Positions 24,601-35,670 of a stretch of DNA of 64,000 nucleotides are shown piece by piece (positions within the stretch are counted from its first letter, which is position 1; every line of letters begins with the position of its first letter). The translations under genes were made by a program, and so were the position numbers. Source of the DNA: Owenia fusiformis (Eukaryota); the NCBI GenBank assembly GCA_903813345.2, contig CAIIXF020000001.1, forward strand, positions 27,652,001-27,716,000, given 5' to 3'. Below the pieces are notes generated by a model. That model ran no database searches. It was given only the letters and a program-made list of their open reading frames with translations, and was not told the DNA's origin.

Positions 24601-26930
24601 TTAACATTGCATATTAAGATAGCAATATAGCAAAGGTATGTTAAATGTAAAAATGAAAAATCACCTGGTATTCAAGCAGTTTCATAAATACTTAAATTGA
24701 AAAAAGTTATTTTTTGATAATGGATTATAGTAAAACCACTGACTTTGGCACCTAGCAAAAAGAGCCCAAAGTCTGTCTTGTTTACCTCAGAATAGGGATA
24801 TGAGAGAACATATTCTTCTAATTTACGATACTGATAAATTGTTTTCAGGGTGTCACCAAGGCAAGCAGAGATAGTTCCAACGCTGAGTTCCATAAAAGAA
24901 ATTGACATCGATGATAACTTCATAACACCTACCTCAGATGAGGATGTTCGAATCAGCATGGTGCCACAGAGAAAACAGCATACACCAGCCTCTCCTGCTT
25001 CAATGAAGAGTTCTGTCAAGAGCTCATTTGCAACGTCAGTTAAATCAAGTTTCCGTAATCTGCGCAAGAAACCAAATCATCCCAAGAACTCATTGCGGGT
25101 GCTGAGAATTCGCTCTAAATCTCATGGTAATTTCTAAGTTTCTAGTACTTGGATGCATGCCATTTGATTCACAAAAATGCTTACCATCTCACTATTGGTT
25201 TACATTCATTAAATTCTTACTTTTCCAATTCCAAAATAAAGTATTTTGACCTATAATGTAAATATTCTATTGAAATAGCTCTAATCTCACTTTGCCAGAA
25301 TTGCAAGTACCTTGCCTGCATATTATGTTAACACCTACATGAAATTATGTATGTCTTACAGTCACATAATCTGTATGCAATATTTTGATGGCACATTCCA
25401 TATTTTTCTGTTCAGGCACAGGTAGCCAGAATTCTGTGTCGAACAGTGAGCCACATGCAAGCCCCAGTACAACAGCTAGATCACTCAACCAGGACAGTCA
25501 CTTGGTGAGATACTGTAATCATTTTCTTTAAATAGATATTTGAATTATTAGGGGGGGGGGGGTATTTCTCATCTCTAGATTTTGTAAAGCCCCTTATATC
25601 TCTAATTTTGAAGGCTCCTCTGTGCTACGACAATAGTCCCTTGAACCAGTAAAACTGATGAGTGAAATGATACAAATAATACCACAATCAAATTGACAAA
25701 TGAATATAATGAGTGAATTGAAGAATTTATTGTCTATTTGTTTCTTGTCACGAAGATGAAAATGTGTTTATTATTATAAACTTAAATGGCCAATTAATTG
25801 TAGGATTCAACAGATAAAAATTAATAGGTAATATTTAGAAGCTCTGATTTACGTTATGAATTTCAATGGGCTTGAGGTTGCTGGAATTTAATTCTAATAT
25901 TCTATATTCACACATACCAAGCCATTTTCTGACCAATCAGAGCGCTGTTCAGGCATGCATTATTTGAAATGCTGGTGCAACTTGCAAAATGTTTTGCAGT
26001 AACAGTTGAATCATGCAATCATGCATTTATGCTTGCCCAAACACTTGCCCTATTGCCTTCTGTTTAACTGTGCATGTAATTGAACATAATGCATTATTTC
26101 TAGTATGAAAAGGTTCTTGTGTATTAAAATCTGTAAGAGTAAATTGATATAGCATTTAGCCTTTATTGTACTGAACACATTGTGCATCTTTTTTATTTAT
26201 TTTACCATTTGTAGCCATATGCTTATTAGATGTATCTGTTGGATTTTAGAGTATGAAAAAATCCCTAACCTGGCTTGTATACTAACTGCATGTTGTTTGT
26301 GTTTATCCACTCCAGGAGGACATATTTAACATGTCAGATATTGACACGGAGGAAATCATTTACAAACCTATGAATCGCAGTCTGCCACCTAGTGGTGAAC
26401 CTAATGGGGAACATACTTCCACTTGGCTGAAGCATCATCTGAAATCCCAGCATTCCCAAGATGATAGCCTCAAACCTGGGACATCACAGAATAGTCTCAA
26501 ACCAGGGAACTTTGAGGAAAAGAAGAAAAGCCCAAGTGATGGAGCTAAAATTAAGTCTGTGGGTAAATCTGTGGGGAACAGCGTGCAGTCTGGTATAGAT
26601 GAAGTGGATAAGGAGGATCATACGTCATCTGGTACTATAACAGATAACCAAGGTGTCACTGCATCCATCGGGGCTCTGTTAAATGGGGAAGGAGGGAATA
26701 ATGTTGAAGGGGGAGAAGTTAATGGAGAGGGGGGAGCTGGGCATAGTAAGGGAGGGGCATACAGGAAGGGAGGACCTTATGGGGGAAGAGGAGCTATTGA
26801 GGATGGCAAGCCCCAAGAGGCTAGCTCCCCAATAGACTGGAATGATCCTATATTGGAGCGCTCTGTATCCCAGATTGAACAAGTGAACCCAGGTGGAGTG
26901 AAGTCTCAACTGGGAAACAATGTTGCATAA
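12632..26930 (+). CDS. BEST: Bestrophin (Ca2+-activated anion channel), complete, 12 coding exons, 696 aa
   Basis: Exons 12632-12699, 13199-13309, 20786-20920, 21222-21397, 21999-22153, 22403-22480, 22823-22975, 23502-23582, 24265-24416, 24849-25126, 25416-25504 and 26316-26930; total 2091 nt, in frame. Family motifs: [56 protein letters not shown], and the Ca2+ clasp [10 protein letters not shown]. An in-frame stop at 12614 lies upstream of the ATG. The low-complexity tail exons 10-12 are slightly less certain. No paralogue number can be assigned. Confidence 0.95.
13505..13932 (-). mobile_element. HINE-like family B copy with fewer repeat units
   Basis: Reverse complement of segments of 56734-57787, e.g. 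GGTGGGATTTGCTACTCTGTGGAGTTGCT and TAGGACCTCTGCTC. Confidence 0.7.
14352..18130 (-). CDS. Secreted mosaic S1A serine protease (signal peptide, 2 lustrin-like Cys repeats, VWC/pacifastin-like module, TSP1, trypsin-fold domain, TSP1), 550 aa, nested in bestrophin intron
   Basis: Exons 17659-18130, 15950-16000, 14882-15641 and 14352-14721; total 1653 nt, phases 1/1/2 consistent. Activation site R|ILGG; catalytic triad TAGHC, DNDIAI, GDSGGP; C-terminal [12 protein letters not shown]...R.RVC TSP1 motif; hydrophobic N-terminus [21 protein letters not shown]. Confidence 0.9.
16489..17219. mobile_element. Old palindromic MITE in intron 1 of the protease gene
   Basis: TIR AAAGGATAGGTACGGATATGGTGAACT / AGTTCACTATATCGATACCAATCCTTT with long degenerate arms. 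Confidence 0.65.
18805..18870 (-). mobile_element. Degenerate tRNA-derived SINE head
   Basis: Minus strand TGGCTCATTGG (A box) and GCTTGATTCC (degenerate B box). Confidence 0.4.
19857..20276. mobile_element. PIF/Harbinger (Tourist-like) MITE
   Basis: TAA TSD; TIR GGGGCCAGGTCAAAACAT / ATGTTTTGACGCAGCCCC. Confidence 0.65.
23918..24207. mobile_element. piggyBac-like MITE
   Basis: TTAA on both sides; TIR CCTCTTGAATCCCAG / CTGGGTAGTCAAAAGG; internal palindromes GTGACGAG..CTCGTCAC. Confidence 0.7.
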
Positions 26931-27629
26931 TATAACAGATATTCAGAGGTCTATTCCTTGAAATTACCATAAAGTATTACTCCTGGAATTCAGTTGTCTT
27001 TTACAATGTTACAAATGTAGAGAGAATTTCATTCTGGAAGCATCATTTATATTTTCAAGAATAGACCTTCTGATTTGCCTATGTGATGTCATAAACCATA
27101 TCACCTCTTATATTTCCAATAGCAGACAACAGCTTAATGTTTTACATGGACAGAATTTAGATATTTGCTTGACAGAATTGAATATATGCTGAAACTATCA
27201 GTTGGTCTCTAGTTATCGGATACTCAGATATCATAGCAATGTATATTGGACAATAGTTGATGTCACTATGTGGTTGTGATGAATTTTGAAACAATGTGCA
27301 CTAAAATACTATTGCACTGTTCTCCTCCAAAGCATCAGAGGAACAGTGTGCAGAAAGTTATTGAAAATATCTATGTACCTTGCCAAAAAGGTGATATATT
27401 CTGATATTTTGACAAAAAGCGATAAAATTAGGATGAAGTATCCTGTTGGTTAGATCACTTTTGGGTATCATGTATATGTAGTTGCTTTTTTGCCTCCGAT
27501 AAAAAGTGATTGATTCGCAGTGTTTGTAAAGAAACAATAATGTCAATTGAATGTGTATGAGTGTTGTATAGTATTTTGTAAATCACTGCTCAAGTTCACA
27601 AAAGCTGGCGTTTTCATGGCAAAACGTAA

Positions 27630-28032
27630 GATAGTGTATTCCATACCTAAAGGTTCTAGGTAAATAATGAGCGGGAATATATACTGTATCTAGGGATCTA
27701 TCACTGAGGAGCGGGACGGGGTGGATACAGCCTGTATCCATCCCGGTCCCGCTCCCAAAAAGCGAACTCGATTTACGTTCATTTTTCCTACGTATACAAA
27801 AAATAAAGATTATATTTCAACTTTTCATTGATCTGCTAAGACTAAGAAAAAGCGTATTTTTGAATTTTGGAACTTTATAAGACAATATTGATATATAAGA
27901 ATATACCTAGAACCTTAGTAGGTATGGCATACACCTGTTATGTACGGTCGACGGTTTGGATACGGGACCGAGTGATATACTTATATTTCCCAACAGATAA
28001 ACCCTGTATCCAAAACCTCGCAGTACATAACC
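27630..28032. repeat. Multi-hairpin repeat element downstream of the bestrophin stop codon
   Basis: Inverted repeats at about 27636-27665 / 27902-27934; hairpin 27708-27755 (GGAGCGGGAC..GGATACAG / CTGTATCC..GTCCCGCTCC); hairpin at about 27938-28030. Confidence 0.6.
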
Positions 28033-29387
28033 CTTATGTATGAAATGTGTATCACTGTATGGCTTTAAAACTTGGAATTATATTCCATAAACATCCTCCG
28101 GGTACAGGGCTCTAAAATCACCCTTTCTTCTCTGTGATCACCAGTTTGAAATAACTGGAGAGGAGGAACATATTTTGTAAACCAGTGCTCTGAGGGATGT
28201 TCTACAAATTGCCGTTATTTGAAATTATGAATGTATTAGTATTTATTGAATGCGTCTCGTAATAATATCTACATGTGTATTGATGCCTTTGTGCCAGCTG
28301 CTGATATATAAACAGTTGTATGAGTATTTATGAGTGAATGTTGCATAAAACAAACATATTGTGTTGTCATGGAGATCACTGTGGACTTACTGGTGTACCA
28401 AAATGGACAAAATCAAAATATCTTGGCAAATTAGAAAGCATATATAAGTAATTTAACTGAGGTGTATGATGACTCTTTAGTCTACACTGACCGAAGATGT
28501 AGGGGGTTATAATACAGCCCCCAGAAATTTTTGAAAAACCTCAAATTCTCAGGGAATGAAGAGATTGTATCAAAATATTTATCAGTATGCAAAAAGTAAA
28601 TTTTGGATATTGTAAATGAGTAAATTGTAGTCTTAGTGAGGATGGGCGTAATCGGTGCTGTCAGTCAGTAACTTCGCCAAAATTTCACAGAAAAAAGATT
28701 AATACAGACATTTTTGCAATTGAAACCTTGAAAATGAAGACATATGGTAGTGTTATTTCGTTTTTAACTCAATTTTCAGCTCAATCTTTTTTATACATGT
28801 TCCCAGGGCCTATGAGAGGGGTATTTCCAAGTTGAATTTAACTTGGTCATTTAGCAAACATTGATAATTTAGACGATCTCCTAATAGTTATTTCCCAATA
28901 GTTATTTCCTGAGTGCAATTCAGTATTCTCTCACAGAATTTCAGATCTCAGTGGATCCATGGGCTTTCAATTACTAGTTGAAAGCCCATGGTAGATCATA
29001 GTGCTAAAAACATAAATGCTTTTTATATCAGCTTTACATTATCTATTATGATATAGATGAAATATTGGGTATGGTATTGTAAAACCAGTGTTGTAGAATG
29101 CTTATTTGATTATTTTAGTGAAATGTTTTATGGATTGTTTTGTTTGTTTTAGGATTTCAGTTTGCTTTCTAAACATACACATAAGATGCAATCATAGACA
29201 TTGTATTGTATATACACATATTTACATACATATGTATGGTGCTTTTTGTTAGCGTTGTTAGTAGACTTAGTAGTAGTTTTCAGTGATTAGTAGTATTTTA
29301 GTACTTAAAGCAAAGCACTGTGCCAATTTTTTTATGCTGATTTTGCTTATTTTATTTAAAGTATTGATAGGTTTGATTTACTGGCAA

Positions 29388-29556
29388 CAGGCCCGTAGCC
29401 AGGGGGGTTCGATGGGTTCAAAATTATGCAGTTTTCATCATTCTGAACACATTTTAAGTGATTTTGGCCATTTTTGGACCAAAATTGTCAAAAGTGAACC
29501 CCCCCTGGAAATTTTCGAAAAGTAAACCCCCTTGGCAAATCCTGGCTACTGGCCTG
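29388..29556. mobile_element. Small MITE; related partial copies at about 1196-1343 (inverted) and 8726-8778
   Basis: TIR CAGGCCCGTAGCCAGG / CCTGGCTACTGGCCTG; flanking GGCAA duplication. Confidence 0.75.
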
Positions 29557-31700
29557 GGCAATGTTAAAAGATTGTTAAAAACACTAGAATAGTATATCGA
29601 AACCAGAGCCAAAGTATACAGATACACTGTGTAGGTATTTGGAAAAAGAAAACGTTTAAGTATACAATTCTTTTATGATATATTGTGTTTATAATATATT
29701 GTATTTATAATGCAGCCATATAAGGTGAACCCTTATGTCATATATGCATTGATTATTTAAAATAAATAACCATTTACAGATTTGGAAAGCTTTATTTATA
29801 TTTTATTATGGTATTGTAGCTCACTAGTTTACTTTACAATGGCTCTTCACATTTGAATGTAGAATTGTCATTTCGGGAGACCCATTGTAGCCAGAGTATG
29901 AGCAATTTTGGATAATTAACCGTTTTTCATGTTGGCGCATCAACTGATGTCATGTTCAAATGTTGACCCACTATACCCACCTTAATGATAATGATGTTCC
30001 CTCCTGTTTCAATGAATGTGAAGTTTTGATTGAAATAAAACCATATTAACCTCTGCTGATTCTCCGAAGTAATCCTAGTAATAACATTCACTACTTACAA
30101 AAGTCCTCAAAACAATAGCATTCCACAGCTACAAGGACGCAAAGTACGCACATGCCTTAACTCAATGTGTCAGAAGAAGGTAAAAATTGATAAAATAAAA
30201 GAAATAGATTTCAAATGATTTATTTTCTGTTTTTTATTCAATATACGTATATTTTTAAAGTTAATAAAAACTGTTTATATAATTTCTTATAATCGAGGAT
30301 ATGTTTATTTCGTTCAAGTGACTCGGATAATGGTACATGCTGCATACTTTGTTCATTTTTATGGCACATTTAGGTGCTATATTGTGATCGGTATGCTAGG
30401 CGGGTGGGACGGCGGTTGGGCGTCCCAATTTATCTTGTTTACCGATTTCAGCCAAATCGTTTCGGGGATTCATCTGAAAGTTTCAGTGATGTTTCTACGT
30501 ATGAAAGTTTAGAACTGATTAGTTTTTGGGCAGTCTGTGTAAATGTTAGGGCTGCCATTTTGAATTTTCCGTCCTGAAAACTGTATTGTATTCAAGGGTA
30601 CGATTCTGTTCACCCTGTGTCTTGTTTCAATAAGATCATATATTTCAGTTTCTTTCCAGGTTCTCGTTTCACGTGCATTTTTATGAATTTGAATTATCAA
30701 GGCACATATACCACGCATTTTATTGTAATACCTAATTATTTAATTATACCTTATTAATACACTGCTGAGTTGACATTGTTGAGTTGAAAGAGGTTGGCTT
30801 ATATTCGCGAAAGTTGATTTGATAGAAAATTACGTACAGAATTCAAATAGAAGAAAATGTTAGTCTTAATTAGTGGTTAAAATGCAGATCTCCTAAAATC
30901 TCATTAAACGATAATGATATTTCAAAGCTATATGGAAAAGCCACTATTAGATAGATGCCTTCACTAGGCTATTCTCTGTACTTGTGTCATGCCTCATTTT
31001 GAATAGCGAGTGCAAATTCTTTTCGGAAACATGATTATGCTTTCCCTGTAATATAAATTGGAGATATCTGACAAAATTATATGGATAGCCTAAAATATGA
31101 ATTATGTGTTTTTGAACATGCGGAAATATCTTGAACACTTTGAAACTGAAGTACAGTTCCTTAATAGGTCGTTCAGTTTTCTTGTTTTGGTCTACACAAC
31201 ACTTGTGTTGAATAGCCACGCGTAATTATTAATAAGCGTAATCAGATTATTTCAAGCGTCGAAATAGCTTATTTTCCTCGACATATCTACACAAACCTAT
31301 TCACTTACCGTTATATTGAGCGATCTAGATGCGTCAATTGTTTTCACTCATGGGCTTTAGTGGCCCGCGATACCTTTTATTTCATTCATTTGAGACGCAA
31401 TTGATATATTGGCAACAAATCAAATGTTCTAAATAATTTTCTTCATTTTGGAATTTTTCTCCTACCCGATATTCAAAGATGTGTCTTAAATATTATACTT
31501 TACATTGATTACGATTCTTGTACTTTCTGTCTTTACCACTCCCGTTCACATTTGCAAGAGTTGTTGATTGCATGCCTTGATCGTTGGTCAAACTTCAATT
31601 CCAACTAAATCCGATTAATCAATTAAGAAGTGTAATATCATGTTTATCCAAGCAAATAATTGTAACAACTACATTATTTTTCAGCAATTTTGACACCTAA

Positions 31701-32080
31701 GCAGGGTAGCCTAGAGGCGTAGACTGAGGCTACTTTGCGGTTGAACGTCGTGGGATACGGAGGTCCCGCGTTCGAGCCCCAGGTACGGAGTTGTTGATCA
31801 TTGTCACTACGGACACCCGGTCCGAAGGTCCAACCGTTTACCGGCCCTTGGCATGGGTTGGTTCTCTGGCCGCTCTTGCCGGAGACAGATTGTGAGACTG
31901 TGGTTGGTTCCTCCACTAACGTGCTTTAGTAAACTCCGGGAGTCATATAGTATGGTAGCGGGCCCCCACCAAGGGCAGTAGTGGAACGACGCGAATCGGT
32001 CCCAGTATGGTTGCCTTGCAACTGAAGAGACTCGAGGAAATCATGCCATTCGCAGTGACCCAGAAAAGACTTTTGCTTCT
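31701..32080 (+). mobile_element. tRNA-derived SINE-like element, about 380 bp
   Basis: GC-rich island in AT-rich DNA; Pol III A box TAGCCTAGAGG (31707-31717) and B box GTTCGAGCC (31770-31778); T-rich end. Confidence 0.65.
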
Positions 32081-34204
32081 TAATTTGACGTTTTAATTCA
32101 TTTATTTACATACTTTATTCATATTACTTTCCTGGCAGTAATGATTTTTAATGGTCAAATGAATGAACGAGACATCTAGATACTATTAAATACATTTAGA
32201 TCAAAACCATAATTCGATTTGTCGGACATATATAAACACTTGAAAACACAACACACATAGCTGCAATATCCGTGTAGCATTTGGCACAGTCGGTTCCCAC
32301 GCTCTGTCATTTTGTGCGGTCATCATAAGATAAGGAGGTACGGTTGATTAGACCATGGGCTTTCAACAGAGTCAAGAAATTGGCATGGATACTTTGAGAA
32401 ATGAGGTAGCAACAAAAGGAAACACCGGAAATAATCCAGAAATGTCCACACCGGTGGAAAAACATCACACTTTCTTTCAATTTCTTCATCTGGCTTGTTG
32501 GACCTATGCTCGCGGTCGTTAGTTATTTATTCCCCTTGGGTCATTGCACATTGAAATGCATCCATATGCCTTTATTTATGGATCTGTCATCTGTCTAGTC
32601 ATAAAATAAAGATGGAATTGTAGAAATGTTAATAATTCAAGCCCTTCAATGACCCTTCAATGACTGTATCATGTCCCACGTAGGTGGGTATGAGATAGGT
32701 ATTTTATACAAAGCCTAAAAACTGCCTAAGGCAGTAAACATGTTAATTAGGGTCACAAAAATGTGCATCCTCCAAAGGCTTCAAGTTGGAGGTTTGGATA
32801 GGTAAGGCACCAATACATGTGCTGCAAATTGCAATAATTTTTGGGGTGAACCAGTCTTGCTTCTCCGTTCTTTTGTCCCCCACTGTCTCATCATTCGAAT
32901 TCATCATACATCTAATTCATTAGTTTCTTAATTTTCAAACTGAATTTGGAGAGTAGAAATAATGCTTCACCTCATTCGATTTATTTTATTTTCAATGTGC
33001 CCAAAATTTGTTTTTAGATTTCATTTCTCTATATAAAATTTAATTTCTGAATTGACTTGGTGTAATGTAATCACAAGACGCCTTAGTGAAACTACAAGTG
33101 CTATTCTATGGAAATATGTCCAATAACAGTAACTACTTTGTAACTTAGAAGTAATTTATACAGCCCTTCAGCTCATTTATTCTGCATAATATTTACAGTC
33201 AATCAATTTTTAACAATATCAACAACAAAAATCTAATAATAAAAATGTGAAACAAAATAATAGTACAATCTTTTACACTAAAACATGGCAACTTGTTCAG
33301 TGTACACGTGTAATCAGATAACCACATAGTAATAGATAATGTAATTGGCAGTCACATATCACAATGGGACTTCATTATTAAGATAATCATTCAGCAGGTT
33401 TCACTTGTAACACCCTGTAAATCCTACATTAGGCTTTAAATTCCATTAAAAGGTGGTATACCTAAGAAATGAGAACGTCACAAAAGTTTTTTTTAGAAAA
33501 TAGTTCATGAGGGAAGTAAGTGATAATCAGTTGTCTTAAACTGCCAATAATTCACAATTAAGTCGTTTTATATTAACAAACAATGTTAGAAGTAAACTAC
33601 CAGACCATTTTAGGCATTTCGGAGAATATTCTAAAATTCCTTACTTTTCAAGGTCATGGAAAACCACTTTGGTTTTGGTGTTCCCCTGACTATGGCAACC
33701 CAGTTTTAGAGATCTATTATATCTTGATTCTGTATGAGGGATGGTCCACATTCAGGCAACAATCATTAACTTGGTGTTTGCACTTACATTTTGGCTAAAG
33801 AGAGTTGATAGTATAAGACACGTGTACATACAATACAAATATTTGGATCATTATATAAATATATAGCATGAAATAAGCTTCAATCAAAATTCTTAAATAT
33901 AAAATAATGTTTATACTACAATACTACAAAACTATATTATTAGTTCATTGAAATGAATGATATTGGTTTATAGCCTTCATTTTCACATAAGGTTGTTTAT
34001 AACTCTGATTGTACTGGCTACATACACACAGAGGCAGAGCTTCTGTATAGAAAGCATAGTAGAGAACATCAGTACATTGGTCAATTATTCTGCATATTAT
34101 TAATATTTATACAACAAATGCATTACATTAAATTCTATTTATAGTAAAGGTGGGACATTGTCTCCCAGCAATTGTATGATCACTTTCCCTGCAAAATGAT
34201 TATC

Positions 34205-34570
34205 ATCATGCACCATACATGTACCATACATGCACCATACATGCACCATACATGTACATGCACCGACATTAGTGACATAATTTACAAAGTTTAGAGGATA
34301 AACTAGATTTGGTCATTAACATTCTAAGAAGACTCATTGATCATTATTGTACATCACACTGTAGGATCATTACTGTACATCATATTGTTATGATCATCTT
34401 TGAACTACTATCATTGTAAATTCTTTATGATCTTTTAGTACTAAATCATACTGTATGTTCATATTGTGATCATCTTTGCACATCATCTTACTTCAGTGTA
34501 TGATCATCATTGTACATTCTGTATGATCATCATAAATCATGCTGCATAATCATCATTGTACAACATAATG
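34205..34570. repeat. Low-complexity repeats (CATGCACCATA)n and degenerate TGATCATCATTGTACA, probably in the USP24 3' UTR
   Basis: Read directly from the sequence. Confidence 0.6.
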
Positions 34571-35670
34571 AACATACAACATTGGGGGAGATCTGTACAA
34601 TTATTTACAGTATTCACATATAAAATTTAATATATACACATTACTGCATGATAAATATTTGGTTGTGCTTAGACTTCTTTCCATTAAATTCTGAATTTGT
34701 GCATTCCAATTTCTGCATATTTATTTGAAATTTATTTCATTTTATTTAAGTCATCCACAATTTGGTATAATATAATTGAGCTTCATATTGTAAAAATGTT
34801 CTAAGTATGGCATATTGATTTACAAAATTCCAATCCTCAAGAAAGAAATATTGCTTATACACAGAAACCCACCTTACAATCTGCGTATTCGCAGTTGATT
34901 AAGTACACGTAACTTTGAAAAAGTAACCTTTCTTTGGATATAGTTCGTACAATGCTGACATTACATTTAACCAAGAGATAACATGCACAGCATCCCCTCA
35001 CTAAAACCACAAAATTGTGATTCCATTTCAGCCAATAAATACAAAAGCGGTACAAGTGATATCATTTTCATAGTTAGAGAAATAACTAGAATTGGTAGAA
35101 GGAGACGCATTGATAGTCAGTCATATGGTCCCAGTAACAGTTCAGATAAAAAGGAAAATTATTGTAAATTGGGAAGTTATGAAGTCATTGTTGTTGCTAT
35201 AGAAACCACAACAGTACATAGGTCAGGTCTCGCTAGGCTTTTCAACTGTGGAGCAGCACCAAAGTCTCTTTAGCTCCCACCATAACCTATTGGGAAATCA
35301 TGATTGTTTCCACAGTCTAAACTTGACTGAATACCCAACACATGTAATAGCGTGTAAAAAGATTGAAGTGTAACATAGATATGATTTATCACGATTGAAC
35401 GGTTATGCTGAGGATGTTTCCTCCACACCCTAAATTCCTGGTGAGAGCCTTGTTGGGTGAATAAACTCTGATAACTTCCATTAAAATACCCCATGTTGTT
35501 GCAGTTTAAGTTATTATTCCTGAGTTCAGAATGTATAATTCCAAAAATATCATCAATATTTCAATTGCATATACATATAGCTTGCTGGTATTACTTTGTA
35601 TCAAATAAGTGGCTAAATTACATTCCATTCAGGGAAATGATTTTGTAAATGCACATTTGTGTAGATATCA

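Noticed and set aside
24672-25067. Antisense ORFs overlapping real exons (also 15191-15391, 17616-17997, 26679-26909, 50179-50442)
   Set aside because: Shadow frames opposite genuine coding exons, with no independent gene structure.
25650-25675. Hammerhead-like CTGATGA..GAAA here and at about 23451-23468
   Set aside because: No convincing stems I/III or cleavage triplet could be paired; such matches are expected by chance.
25940-25951. Possible 12-nt bestrophin microexon (AGCGCTGTTCAG) near TGCATG motifs
   Set aside because: Would need a GCATGC donor, too far from the GC-AG consensus.
30947-31219. ORF beginning HKCCV...FKIFP, faintly like a THAP domain
   Set aside because: Lacks the remaining C2CH ligands and the conserved Trp; not supportable without an HMM search.
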